Source: Octopus vulgaris
Taxonomy: Eukaryota
Reading direction: 5' to 3'
DNA: 64,000 nt
Assembly: GCA_951406725.2 (NCBI GenBank)
Contig: OX597822.1
Coordinates: forward strand, 11,160,001-11,224,000
Under the pieces are notes generated by a model. It worked only from the letters and a program-made list of their open reading frames with translations. It was not told the DNA's origin and ran no database searches. Position numbers and translations under genes: made by a program. Below, piece after piece: positions 25,800 to 39,817 of the stretch (position 1 is its first letter; the number at the start of each line of letters is the position of its first letter).

Positions 25800-26012
25800 A
25801 GGTGGCGAGCAGGCACAGTGTTACCACACCGGACAAAATGCTTAGCAGCATTTCTTCCGGTTTTACATTCTGAGTTCAAAGGCTGCCGTGATCGTTATCA
25901 TCATGTTGGGGTCGATAAAATTAGTAGCGGTTGGGCACTGGGGTTTATGTGATCGAGCAACTCCCTCCCACCAAAATTTCAGGCCTTTTGCTCAATTATT
26001 AAAAGGGATTAT
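25800..26012 (+). mobile_element. SINE family B, diverged
   Basis: ggtggcgagcaggcac..aaaatgcttagcagcatttc..ttctgagttcaaa..ggggtcgataaa..caaaatttcaggcctt. Confidence 0.8.
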
Positions 26013-26439
26013 TTTTAAGCAAATTCAAAAATACGAAGTTTTACCGAGAGGGAAAACCATAACATGCCGGCTGGAAAATAGCATCGCTCGATGAGACTGG
26101 CTGACACTTAAGCAGCATCGCTGATTGACAGGAAGCGGTCTAATGGCGCCAAGGTTTGTACCACCAAACAACTTGTCGGCTCTGGTTGCTGGAACTGAAA
26201 CTAACACGACACTGTTGAATGGTAGGGTTAGAGAGGGCACGGGCTAAGATTACGCGCCCTTCCCCTCCATTCGTCAGTTGAAGCTTAGACAGAGTCACGT
26301 GACAACTAGCTGGTGCTGGCTGCTAGAGCCTACAAGCGAGTATTTAAAGGGAAATTTGGTCGGATGTTCAGTCGCCCGCTGACACTCACACGCGAATATA
26401 TTTACATATGTATATGTGTGTGTATGTGTGTGTGTGTGT

Positions 26440-26800
26440 ATTTATCTTTTATATTTTACTTTTTCCAGTCATTAAACTGTGGCCATGCTGGAGGGTTTAG
26501 TTGAACAAATCGACCGCAGCACTTAAATATATTCCAATCTGGTATTTATTCTATCGAACTTCGTTTGCAAAACTTCAAAGTTATGAGGACGTAAACACAC
26601 CAACACCGGTTGTCAAGCGATGGAAGGGAAATAACAATCGCACACACACAAACATACACATATTTATACGAAGGGCTTCCACATAGTTTTGCGTCTACCA
26701 AATTCGCTCACAAGGCATCCGTCAGCCCAGGGCTATAACAGATGACACATACCCAAGGAACCGCGCAATGCGACTGAACCCGAAACTCCGTGGTTGGAAA
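26440..26800 (-). mobile_element. SINE family A
   Basis: ctgtggccatgctggag..gacgtaaacacaccaacaccggttgtcaagcgatg..gactgaacccgaaac. Confidence 0.82.
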
Positions 26801-26989
26801 GCGATGATGGTGACGATGATGATGATGATGATGATAATGGTGGTGGTTTTAGTGATGGTGATGGTGTTCCTGGGGGATGATGATGATGATGATGATGGTG
26901 TTGGTCACTGTCGCGGTGGGCGAACTTCTTGACCGCGCAGTCATTTTAACCAAAATATTCAGTGCAGTACAATACATCATATTTCACGC

Positions 26990-27320
26990 AAAGACGCGTG
27001 CTTTAGTGGTCAGAGTATTCAGCTCACAACAGCAAGGCCATGAGTTCAATTCCTGGCGGTGCGTTGTGTCCTTGAACAACACCCACTTTCTCACATTGCT
27101 CTTATTCGCTCAGCAGGAGAAAATGGGTTGCACCTTAAACTCAAGGGACCACCCTTGTCACATTCTGTCTCGATGAACCACCGCGAGAACAGCGTTAGGG
27201 ATACACATGTCTGTGGAGGACTCAGCCATTTTCACATTAACTTCAGAAGCAAGGTGTTGCGTTGATTGGAGGATCAACTGGAACACGCCTCCTCATAACC
27301 GACAGAGTGCCGGTTTATTT
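26990..27320 (+). mobile_element. tRNA-derived SINE family C (second copy at 31435-31715)
   Basis: A box tttagtggtcagag, B box gagttcaattcc, gtgtccttgaacaa..; shared body gagaac(a/t)..gtta..ctcagcca..ggatcaactgga. Confidence 0.7.
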
Positions 27321-27330
27321 GACATATCGT

Positions 27331-28008
27331 TTATTCCTTCTCAAGCCATGCCTGGCTCATTAGGGCGGCTTTCCCGGCTTCCTTGGCGTATAGGTTCCCC
27401 ACCTGGACGGGATGCCGGTCCGTCGCAGGGGAGCTGCAAGATGCAGGAGGAAAGAGGGAGAGAAAGTTGTGGCGAAAGAGTCAGCAGAAGTTCGCCATTA
27501 CCTTCTGCCGGAGCCGCGTGGAGCTTAGGTGTTTCGTTCATAAACACATACACTTGCGTCAGAAATTAATGAGCACTTCTCAAATTTCTACATTAAATAG
27601 GTTAAATCAATTAACCTATGAGCTGTTCAAAACGTCTTACGCGATGAGAAAACTTAGTATGGTGTGATTTCGGTCCTTGCGAGGCGCTACCTATATCTAT
27701 TAAACTAAGGAAGATTTGTCTGCATCAGCACTCCAAGTTGTTGCACTGCTATGTCAACATCATAAGGGTGTAGACTCTCAAACTGCTCTGCAAACAAAGT
27801 TACGTCATCGTTCTGCGCAACAGTCAACTCGCAACAAAGCACTAGTTCGAGATATGGCCACTAGGTGACAGCACATACCTTGAGTGAAGAGCAAATCAAG
27901 GGTGCTAATTAATTTCTGACGGTAGTGTACATCGCCCGGTCAGAGATTCGAACCCGCGATCCCTCGACCGCCAGTCCGCTGCTCTAACCATTAAGTCATG
28001 TGCCTCCA
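27331..28008 (-). mobile_element. tRNA-derived V-SINE interrupted by a MITE
   Basis: Minus head TGGAGGCACATGACTTAATGGTTAGAGC...GGTTCGAATC; V-like core CCTGCGACGGACCGGCATCCCGTCCAGG at 27402-27429. Confidence 0.8.
27551..27927. mobile_element. Tc1/mariner-type MITE nested in the V-SINE
   Basis: TA at 27549-50 and 27928-29; TIRs CACTTGCGTCAGAAATTAATGAGCAC / (rc) CACTACCGTCAGAAATTAATTAGCAC. Confidence 0.9.
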
Positions 28009-28962
28009 ATTTATTTGATATATAGTTCCCAATAAAATATATTGACGAAGCATTTTGAGTTTTTTAACATAAATTGTTTAAACATGTTCCTACGAACTCA
28101 CAAGCGCGAGTGTATGCACATGTATGTGTCTGCTGTTTGTGTGTGTGTTTTGCGCTAGCAGCCCAAAACATCATTGAATCATAAATATATCAATCAAAAT
28201 GAAGATAAATATCACGGGGACCCTAAACCATGTTTTCCCTTTGTCGAGTCGGCCATGGAAACAGTCCAAACATTCACGTCATAAGCCGGAACAACTGCAG
28301 AAGCCGGGAGTCGAATATATGGAGATTAATTACTGTAGCGACAACATATGCTGTATGTAAAGACAGGGATCTATGAACGTATGCACGTATACACATACAT
28401 TATATGTATACACACACACACAAACACACACAAACACACACACACATATATATATATAAATATATATGCACACACAAACACATATATAGACATGCATAAA
28501 CACACATATATATATATATTCTTATATACACACATACACATACAAATATATATTTATGCATTCGTGTGTATCCATGTATTCGCATGCACCTTTTTACACA
28601 CACACACACACACATATAGTCATTATGAGGATATATAAACCTGTTACATGGATAGTTTTAGCCAAGATTCACTGGTTTAATATCATATATTTTGAAGATA
28701 TAATTCTTCAATAAATATATTATACAAATATTAAATATTATTAAGAAAATGGAGAGATATAATGGCTATAAATTAATTTTTAATTAACATTGCTTGCAAT
28801 CGTTTCAGTTTACACTCAATACAAATTACAAAATATATATAATAAAATAATTTCGCACTTTTTAAGATTTTGAGTTAAATACCTTCGGGGCAAAAAGGGC
28901 ATTATGGAATCTACATGTGAATCAGTTGAGGTACTCCAACAGATTTCTTTCTTAATAATATT

Positions 28963-29011
<49 letters not shown>

Positions 29012-29049
29012 GATATATATTTGATATATATATATAAACATACATACGT

Positions 29050-29270
29050 GTGTGTATGTATGTGTGTCTTTGTACTTGTCTCTAACTGCCGCTTGGCAAC
29101 CGGTGTTCTCTAGTTTGTGTTCCCGTAAGCTAGAGATGCGGCATAAATGACCGACATATGTGTCAAGCTTAGAAATAGTCACTGGCGTAGATTTGTTCAA
29201 GCAACCTTGCAAAGCGCTGCTTCGGCATGGCCGCAGTGCAATGACTGAGAGAAGCAATAGAGCAAAAGTG
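29050..29270 (+). mobile_element. SINE family A, diverged 3' half
   Basis: cgcttggcaaccggtg..tcccgtaagc..gcatggccgcagtgcaatgactga. Confidence 0.72.
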
Positions 29271-30076
29271 TATCCCAGCAAGATTTTGTGACCTAATACG
29301 ACATAGCAATAAAGTTGACCTTTTTGCTATGTAACCCTAGGCGTAAACTGTGTTATGCAGACAATTGTCCACATGACTGCTTGCAACCCGTTGTTCACAA
29401 TAGTCACCAGTGAGAATTTCTTGGCAGAGCTGAAGCGCCCCTCATGCAAGTGTTTCAGCCCTCTGTAAGGGGCCGAGCTACATTCAGGTCATGATTCCTG
29501 GATAGTCCAACGTGGCCACATTTTGTGTTGTCAGCGTTGCAACCCTTGTGAATGGTTGTCTTGCCATACGATACCATACCTTCAACTTTCTGAAGTCAAA
29601 ACAGCGCACCAACTCCTAAACATTTACCAGGTGCAGTGTGTGACAGTCTGGTCGTTTAGTGTCTCCATTGTCCATTCTATTTCCGTTCTCGAGATTCAGT
29701 TTCTCTGTTACAAAACGATTTTAATAGAAAATAAATGAAAACAAGAATTTCCGATATTTAATCAACAAACGAAAAAAGCAAGAAAAAATGAAGAAAACTA
29801 AACATATATTAATTTAATTAAAATCTAATAACAGAAACACTTTGATTTCTTTCATTATTTTCTTTTAATATATCATAAGCTGTTCTCTTCGGAATGATAA
29901 ACATTAGTCTGTGTACAATACTTTGTTATAGAAAGAGTGAGAGAGAGAAAGCGAGACTTTATTATTCACTAGAAAAATCGACGTTCGCTGTCTTTTTGGA
30001 CAAAGAATTGTTGAATGGATAAGCACAGGTTTTCAAGACTGAATAGAAACAGAAATATTGCTCTACACACACACAA

Positions 30077-30125
<49 letters not shown>

Positions 30126-30259
30126 CACACGCACCCGCACACACGCACATATCCATACACACATAAACGCACAAACATACACACAAATACACAATCACAC
30201 AAAACATACGTTTATGCATACATACATATATACATGCTTCTATACACGTGTGTATGCAC

Positions 30260-30293
<34 letters not shown>

Positions 30294-30892
30294 TTATATA
30301 TGTATATACATACATATATATATATACACACATACAAATATGTGTACATATATATATACGTATATACACACACAATTATATATATATATATATGTGTGCA
30401 TATATATATATATATATACATACACAGCCTCATAAACGTACATGCACACAAACATACAGACACACACAGATATATACAACTACACACACACATACACACA
30501 CATACACACACACACATATATATCCATATATGTATGTATAGGGATATATATACACATATACAGCTACAATCTACAAACGTTTATTGAACAGGGACAGCGA
30601 GTATAGCTTAGTATATGATGGCCCAATAGACACACTGTATAATGTTGACTGTAGAACTGAAATGGACGAGTGGCTCTAAAACTAATCAGATCAAAGAAAC
30701 AGTCTGTCCGTTGCCGATTGTAATGGTCAGTGGTCACTGGTGGCAGCTGACAGAAGTGTCTCTTTTGTTTGTTTTGTCCGGTGAGAGGAGGTGAGATTTG
30801 AAATCAGAACTCCAAGCGTCAGATGCTCTAACAATTCTCTTAATCTCCCTCTCTGGACATAGACTAAATTTGTCGACCCCGACAGGATGAGT

Positions 30893-31170
30893 GAAGGTGA
30901 ATGGCCTTGTGGTTTGAGTGTTGCACTGATCATTGCAAGGTGGTCGTTTCGACTCCCGGATCAGATGGTGTGTTGTGGTTTTGAGCAAAAAACTTCATTC
31001 CACATTGCTACTGTCCTCTCAGCTGTATGTGGGTTAATCCTGAAACTGTATGGCATTTTCTTCAGGGCAGATGTTGTAATCTCGATCACCTATACGCCAT
31101 GGAAACCGGGTAACCAAGTGTACGAGTCCTAGGACTCGAGCCAGTAATGTCCTGTGCCTAATGATGATGA
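30893..31170 (+). mobile_element. tRNA-derived SINE, related to the V-SINE tail
   Basis: tggccttgtggtttgag..gtttcgactccc..ttgagcaa; tail acctatacgccatggaaaccgg resembles the rc tail of the 27331 copy. Confidence 0.6.
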
Positions 31171-31434
31171 CAGGATGACAGGCAAAAATGACTTATGCGA
31201 TATTTGAACTCACAAAACTGAGAGTCAGAACAAATACCGCAAAGAACTTCGTCCGGAGTTCTATCAACTCTGTTAAATTCCATCTTAAGTTATGTGAACC
31301 CTATCTGGATAAACAAGGGACATAAAAGTGGAGCAAGGTCCTGAATTTCTTATTCATTTTCCTTCTCCAACAATAGCCAGATACCTTTGAATAAAATATA
31401 TCTTCTTGAATTGGGTCAGGAGGAATCAAATACA

Positions 31435-31715
31435 TGGGGCTATGAGTTCGATTCCTAGCGACGCATAGTGTCCTCGAGCAAAACACTTTATTTCACGTTG
31501 CTTTAATTCACTTAGCTGTCAAAAATGAGTTGTAGCCGTATTTCAAAGGGCCAGTCACGTTAAATTCTGTGTCACACTAGACATCTCTGAGAACTACGTT
31601 AAGAGCACTCGGATCTGCGGTGTGCTCAGCCACTTATGCGTTAATTTCACGAGCAGACTGTTTCATTGACCGGATCAACTGGAGCACACGTCATTGTAAC
31701 GGACGGAGTGCCAGA
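31435..31715 (+). mobile_element. SINE family C, 5'-truncated
   Basis: atgagttcgattcc..gtgtcctcgagcaa..gagaactacgtta..ctcagcca..ggatcaactgga. Confidence 0.65.
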
Positions 31716-32114
31716 AAATCACCCGGGCCCTTTCAACTAACTGTTAAAAATCCATTAAAAATCTCAGGTGAGGATCACCACAGGGTGCTGATCTGTAGTT
31801 TTTGGACGGTGGTGCTGCTGTTACAAACACAAGTGTAGTGGATCGCGTCCAAAAAATGTTCACAGGCTGTATAGCCGAAACACATTCACAAACACTCCAA
31901 CCACTATGTGTATTTGGTAGTTAATAAGACGTTTGGTATACATCGGGTACTTTGCCGGTAAAGCACGTTCGCTGGCCCAGTGTTCGTTGGGTATTTGATT
32001 AATGAAAGATACAGAAGATGGAAGATACGAGAATCCTTATTGAACACTGCAATCGTTTCGACCCATATAGCTTTACTTACTCGTGGGTGGGATACCACAC
32101 AACTGGTTTCGGTG

Positions 32115-32280
32115 TACACGACGGGCTTCTTTAAGTTTCTGTCCACCAAATCCACTCACAAAGCTTTGGTCGGCCCGAGGCTATAGTAGAAGACACTTGC
32201 CCAAGGTAGCATGCAATGGGACTGAACACGGAACCATGTGGTTGAGAAACAAGCTTCTTACCACATGGCCACCTCAGCGT
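32115..32280 (-). mobile_element. SINE family A, 5' half
   Basis: cgacgggcttct..ccaaatccactcacaa..ggtcggcccgaggctatagtagaagacacttgcccaagg. Confidence 0.85.
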
Positions 32281-32342
32281 ATAGAATTGATTAAAAATAT
32301 TATTTTGGCTGATTATGAGTTTCTTAACGCGTCTGCATATTA

Positions 32343-32592
32343 TTGGGTTGGTGCATAATTATTGCAGCTCTTTTTTCAACAAATTTTATTCCACAAAAAC
32401 AATAACAACTTATAACAAAGTCATCTTTAAATGGTTATTCCGGATGATATTCACCATCTACTTCAATTACTCCTTCCCATTTGCTTGGCAGACGGTCAGA
32501 CCGTCATTTAAAGATGTTTTTGTTAAATATTGTTATTTCTTGTTGAATAAAATTTGCTGAAAAATAGCCGCAATAATTATGCACCAACACAA
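32343..32592. mobile_element. Mariner-derived MITE
   Basis: TIRs TTGGGTTGGTGCATAATTATTGC / GCAATAATTATGCACCAACACAA, left TA; minus-strand remnant RLPSKWEGVIEVDGEY* (mariner transposase C-terminus). Confidence 0.85.
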
Positions 32593-32744
32593 CAGTTTTT
32601 CGCATCAATGTCCTATATACATAAACACACACGCATGTATATAACTAGCCCTTAAATACAAAAGGGATATTGTAAAGGAAAATTGGGTAGAACCATCGAC
32701 AGAGGACAGACCTATGACTAAGCTCAATTATATCATTATAGTGT

Positions 32745-33150
32745 TTGCTCGTTCCGTACGGTTGACCGCTTCGTTGGATGGTAAGACATCTCTAACCCTG
32801 GTTTCGAGTATAGTCAGCAGAATCTTCTCAGATGATGCTAAATTGCTTCAGATCTTATTAGAAGGTGATGTGCCATTTATTCTTAAGACCCCTCTCTCTC
32901 TTTCTTTATCGCTTTGGAGGTACCCGTTATATAGCTGTCTTGGGTATTCTCTCTTCTGACAGTTGGAAAAATATGGTCTGTAAGTCCCATTCTTCTTTGT
33001 GCCACAATTTCCAAAAGGCTGCACAGATTGGTTCTTCGCTCCTCATCGGACATTGTGATTTTGTCCCCCTGTTAGTGATCTTCTTTATTCTGCATAGACA
33101 CACCTTTGGTGGATTCATTTCAACAATCATTTTCCAAGTTGCTCCTGCCT
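32745..33150 (-). mobile_element. Highly decayed RTE-clade LINE 3' end
   Basis: LSEERIPKTAI..P..RKRERG.KNKW..T...DLKQ pattern of the RTE C-terminus. Confidence 0.55.
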
Positions 33151-33526
33151 CGGCGTTCGATTCAGAATTAACATAATTAACACAATTAGCAGTAGTACAG
33201 AGCTAATATCAGGGATAGTTCAGATTGAGCACTGGGGTGGATGTACTCGGTTTACCCCTCACACTTTTGTCAAACTTTGAAGCCAATATAAAACATATTT
33301 TGAAATATTTGCAATCGATAAGGCACCGACCAATTCGCACATCACGTGACATGCTACCACATTGTGTTTTGCTTCAACAATTGCGACAAAGATCCACTCT
33401 ATGTCACTGCATCCACATTCTTGGAAACGCGAGTTAACCTGTGGAATTGATGGAGAAGACAGCCGTGAAATACATGTTTCTGCATATGCACATATATATG
33501 TATGAATATATGTATACATGTATGCA

Positions 33527-33573
<47 letters not shown>

Positions 33574-33759
33574 TTACTTTTAGTCGTTATGTAAATAGTT
33601 CCATAATACTACTAAGAGAAATACACGGAGAGAAATGCATGCAGGCGTATATGATCATGCATTCATATATACATTCACAAACGCATATGCATATTCATGT
33701 ATGTGTGTGTGTATGTATGCATGTATATATGTATATATATCCTTTTATGTATATGTATG

Positions 33760-33833
<74 letters not shown>

Positions 33834-34123
33834 TACATATGTGTGAGTGTATGTAGACACACACATTCATATAGTACCCACTTATATAAAAAGTACAGTT
33901 AACACAAAGGATTGGAAAAATAACAAGACAAAAGGCAAATATAGAAAAAAAAGCTAATAAAACAACTGAATAGGAGAGAAGCTAAACAAAACACCACCGA
34001 CCCACAAAAACGTAAAATACATAGATATAAGGCAAGCTTTAAAAAATCCCCATTACAAATACAACAAAATGGACTACAGAAAGTACAATAGCATCAATAA
34101 CAACATCAACAATATATATATAT

Positions 34124-34160
<37 letters not shown>

Positions 34161-34165
34161 CTATG

Positions 34166-34206
<41 letters not shown>

Positions 34207-34644
34207 CACTCTCATTGATCCAAAGAACCGTTAATGCTGACATTTGGTTTAGCACTGTCACAGTTCAAATGGAATCTGTCAACCTATTCTCTAGGCATCC
34301 ATCTCGCTAGCTTCCCCTCTCTCATTTCATTGGCTCACATTTACTTTCACTTTCGCTTTTGCTCTCTCCACACATATACTTCACTCCCACCTCACCCTCG
34401 CCTTACTCCCACCTTTATACACCAAACTTTACTTTCAATAGTCTGTTTACACTATCATATAAATATAGTTAAATACACTGATGCATACACTTACACATGT
34501 ACATGCACATATACATATATACATACATAAATTACACACATATATACATATGTATATATTGCGTATATATAAAAATATATACATACATGCATACATACAC
34601 ACATATATATATGTATATATATAATATATATACATATATATGTG

Positions 34645-34688
<44 letters not shown>

Positions 34689-35454
34689 CATACACACAGA
34701 CACGTAATAACATACATATGCATGTGTATTTGTATAATTATATATATAAAATTCTTTGAATATACTTATATATATATATAAACACTCACACATACACACA
34801 CACATACACAGACACACACTCACATATGAATATCAATGGGCGGATATATTTAACGACATACAAAGATACGGACAGAAATACATACATATTAAACACATTA
34901 ACACACACACACACAAATGTATATGTATGTATATAAATACATAGGTGCACATATATATGCATATACATATATTACACACGCACATGTATATATATATATA
35001 TATATATATATAAATATCCATATATATATACTTACATATATATATATATATACGTATATACTCATATATATGTTTATATATATATATATGTATATATGTA
35101 TATATACATATACGTATATATACATACATAAATATATTTATATATGTATGTATATACACTACGGCCATAAATGCTACCATTGTAAAACCCAAGGCTACAG
35201 TATTTTATTGTTGCGGAAATGGAGTGCTAGGTTTAACCGTCTCTTGACTCCCCCTCTCTTATACACATCTCCTCTTTCTTCTTTTCTCAATCTGTTTCTC
35301 TTTCGGTCTCTCCCTGTCTCTCTCTTCTCTCTCTCTCTCTCTCTCACTCTTGGTCTGTTGTCATTTTTTTTAATATATATATTTATTTATTTATTTATTT
35401 ATTTTTTGTGGTCATTCCATTACTGTCTCAATGTTTGTTCATTCGACACGGCCA

Positions 35455-35970
35455 GCACCACCACCACCACCACTACTATTATAAACATCAAAGAAAGCAA
35501 TCACCACGGCCACTACGACCACCACCACAATCGCCGTCACCACCACAATAATCACTACCCCTCCCCCCCCCCGATCACTACTACAGCCACCACCACCACC
35601 ATCGCCACTACAATCACCCCCAACTACCATAATCATCATCACCACCACTAACATAACCACCGCCACCACCACCACCACCACCACCACCACCACCACCACC
35701 ACCATAACCACCTCCACTATAACTACCACCGCCACCATAACCACCACCACCACCACCATAACCACCACCACCACCACCATAACCACCTCCACTATAAATA
35801 CCACCACCACCATAACCACCACTAGCGCCTGCACAACAACCACCACCACCACCACCATTATCATCTACCACCACTACAATCACAAACTCCATAACCACCA
35901 CCATCTTTACTACAACCAGTGCCTTAACAGCGACGATGGCTACCACCATCACCACCACCATCACAACCAT
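35455..35970. repeat. Degenerate (ACC)n/(ACCATA) low-complexity tract
   Basis: Directly visible. Confidence 0.88.
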
Positions 35971-36265
35971 CCCAAGAAACCATTAATATGATACATTGCT
36001 ATATTTCTGTAGAAATTATACCTTTTCACCTAAAAATATTTTATTTTCGTTGCTGCTGTTGTTATACATTAATATTCCCCTCCCCCACTGCGTGTATATG
36101 TATACATACATGTATGCCTATACGCATGCGTGTGTATGTATCCTACATCTAGGGTTGGTGCATTACGTTTCATATTTTAAAAAATATTCTTTAAAGATTG
36201 TTTTGGTTCTTTTGTTTGCAATGGAGAATTTCTGAGTTATGTATGTATATATACATATACGTACA

Positions 36266-36298
<33 letters not shown>

Positions 36299-36509
36299 GT
36301 GTGTGTGCGTGTATATATGTGTGTGTATATGTGTGTGTGTATGTGTGTGTGTATATGTGTGTATATGCATATATATATATACAGATATGGTGTTGCAAAC
36401 AGAAAAAAAATAGCTCAAAATATAAGATATATATATTTTTTCATTTATACTTACAGAAGCAATAGAGTGACTCAAGGACCGAAAGTTTCGTGTATTATCT
36501 TTTATGAAA

Positions 36510-36549
<40 letters not shown>

Positions 36550-36631
36550 TGCGCAAACATACATAAACGAAATTAAATATGTGTGTTGTATATATGTATA
36601 TACACATATATACATACATATATATATATAC

Positions 36632-36707
<76 letters not shown>

Positions 36708-36747
36708 AAACATATACAAACGAAATTAAATGTGTGTTGTATGTATA

Positions 36748-36880
<133 letters not shown>

Positions 36881-37062
36881 CAAATATGCATACACACACG
36901 CACGCACACACACACATATATAATGTAAATATATGCATGTGTTTGTGTATGTATACATATGGATAGATAAATGTATATATACAAACATATATGTATATGC
37001 ATGTATCTCTCTTCCTCTTTCTCTCTCTATATATGCATGTATGAATGTATGCATATTCTGGT

Positions 37063-37104
37063 GTTCTATCGTTTCTGGTTTCGATAGGAACCCTCCTCAG
37101 GGGC
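37063..37104 (-). ncRNA. Decayed hammerhead motif (canonical CUGAGGA core)
   Basis: Minus strand gccc-CTGAGGA-g-GGTTcc-tatc-gaAACC-a-GAAA-CGA-TA-gaac; stems I and III imperfect. Confidence 0.45.
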
Positions 37105-37329
37105 AGAGAGCATCGTCAAAAGCCAAGCTTTGATATACAAATATTCATAAGAAGAAAAACGATATTTGCGAAACGTACTAAAAGTCATTAAAAAAATCCA
37201 ACTCTCTGACTAACAGAGAGTTCTTGCAAATAGCTTTTTGCTTAAATGGTTAAAAGAAATATTATGCAGGACAGGGATGCAAAACTATCAGTTACGTGAA
37301 TCTACGGTTTCAAGTTTAAAACATATATA

Positions 37330-37540
37330 TCTTTCATTTGTTCCAATCTTTAGTCTGTGACCATACTGGGGCACCACCTTTCAAAGGTTTCAGTCGGTCG
37401 AATAGACTTTTATGTTCTGTTTTATTTTGAAAATCATGTAGTCATTAAATCAGTATTTTTTGCTGGGCTGTTAATTTACAGGGACGTAAACAAAACAACA
37501 ACGGTTATCAAGTGATGGGCGTGTGACAAACACATATATA
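37330..37540 (-). mobile_element. SINE family A, diverged 3' half
   Basis: tgtgaccatactggggcaccacc..ggacgtaaacaaaacaacaacggttatcaagtgatg. Confidence 0.7.
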
Positions 37541-37673
37541 AACACACCAACACACGCGCACACGCATAGTAGTGACGTCATGAGATTTTATATGATTCGA
37601 GAGAACCTGAAATATTTTTTAAGCAGTGAATCTCGAATCTCGAAGTAGACATATTGTATAAGCCGATTCTTTC

Positions 37674-37758
<85 letters not shown>

Positions 37759-37780
37759 GCATATATATATATTATTATTA

Positions 37781-38140
37781 TTATCACCTCCGCCTTAGCG
37801 AAGGCGGAGGCATTGTTTTCAGTCGTGTTTGCTTGTTTGTCCGTGGACGTATCTCAAGAACCGCTGAATGGATTCGAATGAAACTTTCAGAGATGTTTAG
37901 CCTCATGACTGGCACGAATTGTTTCGATTTTGGGATTAATCCGGTACTGGACAAGGATTCTGGATTATTTTTCCTGTAGTTTTACTTAACTTTTGAGAGC
38001 GATCGGGTTCATTTTTAGTATTTTCGTTTCTGAGAGCATTCAAGTTTATTTCAGATATTCTCATTTTGAAAATCATCACCTAATCGTTGAGAGGACGTTG
38101 GTGTCGCTGTGGCGGAGGTTTGCGCTTTCTGATTACCCTT
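37781..38140 (+). mobile_element. Non-autonomous Helentron/DINE-1-like element
   Basis: Subterminal inverted repeats ACCTCCGCC (37786) / GGCGGAGGT (38111); 5' hairpin CCTCCGCC-ttagcgaa-GGCGGAGG; short internal tttg tract; T-rich flanks. Confidence 0.75.
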
Positions 38141-38147
38141 ATTATTA

Positions 38148-38209
<62 letters not shown>

Positions 38210-38751
38210 GAGTGAGAGAGCAGTTCATGCCATCAAAGTGACACTGGGGTAAAATATACGAAGCCCAATATACCCATCATGACTACCCGTCTGATAAAGG
38301 TACACCAGGCACATGCATCACAACCATATGTGCGCGACATGGTGATCTCATATCAAGATAAACAGCACATGACCTTGCAGGTGGGGCCCAGTTAGAATTT
38401 TCTTCAGGTTGAGTAGCCCATCCCGCTCAAACGGTCCCTGAATAAGGGTTGTTTAAGGATGTTGAAAGAACCACCCATATTTCCAGAGGTGAACTATTCA
38501 AACCCCAAAGAATCCCTCTCAACACATGGCTATGATGCTCCCCCACTACTTCTGCTCATGATCAGAGATGCACATATCGTCAGCCACCAAGGGACATGCT
38601 CAACTGGTTAAGGTCAAACAACTGACAAGCAAATCTGTGGTATTGAGCAGAATATTTGCTGTAGCCCATCTTTTATACCAAGACAAAACAATGTACATGA
38701 TAACACTTCCAATCAGTTAAGATCAGAAGCCATGAGAGCCATTGCCTGGTA
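38210..38751 (-). mobile_element. 542-bp non-coding element inserted in a (TAA)n array
   Basis: Sharp boundaries with (TTA)n on both sides; no ORF; orientation inferred only from a (TAA)n tail. Confidence 0.65.
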
Positions 38752-38766
38752 ATTATTATTATTATC

Positions 38767-38882
<116 letters not shown>

Positions 38883-38935
38883 TTATTATTATTATTATTA
38901 TTATTATTCATTATTATTATTATTATTATTATTAC

Positions 38936-39001
<66 letters not shown>

Positions 39002-39006
39002 CATTA

Positions 39007-39082
<76 letters not shown>

Positions 39083-39107
39083 CATCATTATTGCTATTAT
39101 TATTATT

Positions 39108-39280
39108 CCTTCGTAACATAGAGTAGGTAAAAATGCAGCGGAGTATTTAGTCATCTGTCAAGTCACAACAAGGACCCCAGACAGATAATACTTTCCTTAA
39201 GATGTGCGCTGTGCCCAATAAGGTTGATTGTTGCAAGACATCAGTTTTGCATGAGATTTCCTGTTGCCTTAAGTAGTTTT
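39108..39280 (-). mobile_element. 3' end of an R4/Dong-clade LINE with (TAA)n tail
   Basis: Minus translation ..TDVLQQSTLLGTAHILRKVLS (R4/Dong C-terminal motif), then short UTR ggtccttgttgtgacttg and (TAA)n. Confidence 0.8.
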
Positions 39281-39365
39281 GACGAGCAGTCTGTCTATCT
39301 ACCTGTCTGTCTTTCTGTCTGACTGTCTATCTGTCTGTCTATCTATCCCTCTATCTATCTATTTG

Positions 39366-39439
<74 letters not shown>

Positions 39440-39753
39440 GATATGTCTGTCTGTCTGTCTCTCTACCTATCTCTCTTCTCTTCTCTCTCACTCCTCCCTC
39501 TCTCTCAGTGCTATTACCATATTTCATTTCAACTTCACTCTTTCGACTGTGTGACTATTTCTTTGATTCTCTGTTTCTATTAACTCCCCTCCATGTTTCT
39601 TTCTTCTTTTACTCTCTTCTCTCATTCACCATCGCTCCCATTCTATCCGCTCTCTGTTTGTTCATCGCGTTTTCGTTTACATAAATTCATTCAAATGTCA
39701 GTCATATACACGCATTAGTGTACAAAGCAATAAAAAAGTTCATATTGTTTGAT

Positions 39754-39817
<64 letters not shown>

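Noticed and set aside
35614-35970. GGGY-repeat ORF resembling a glycine-rich structural protein
   Set aside because: Embedded in a degenerate (ACC)n tract open in multiple frames; most simply a microsatellite, though RNA-seq would settle it
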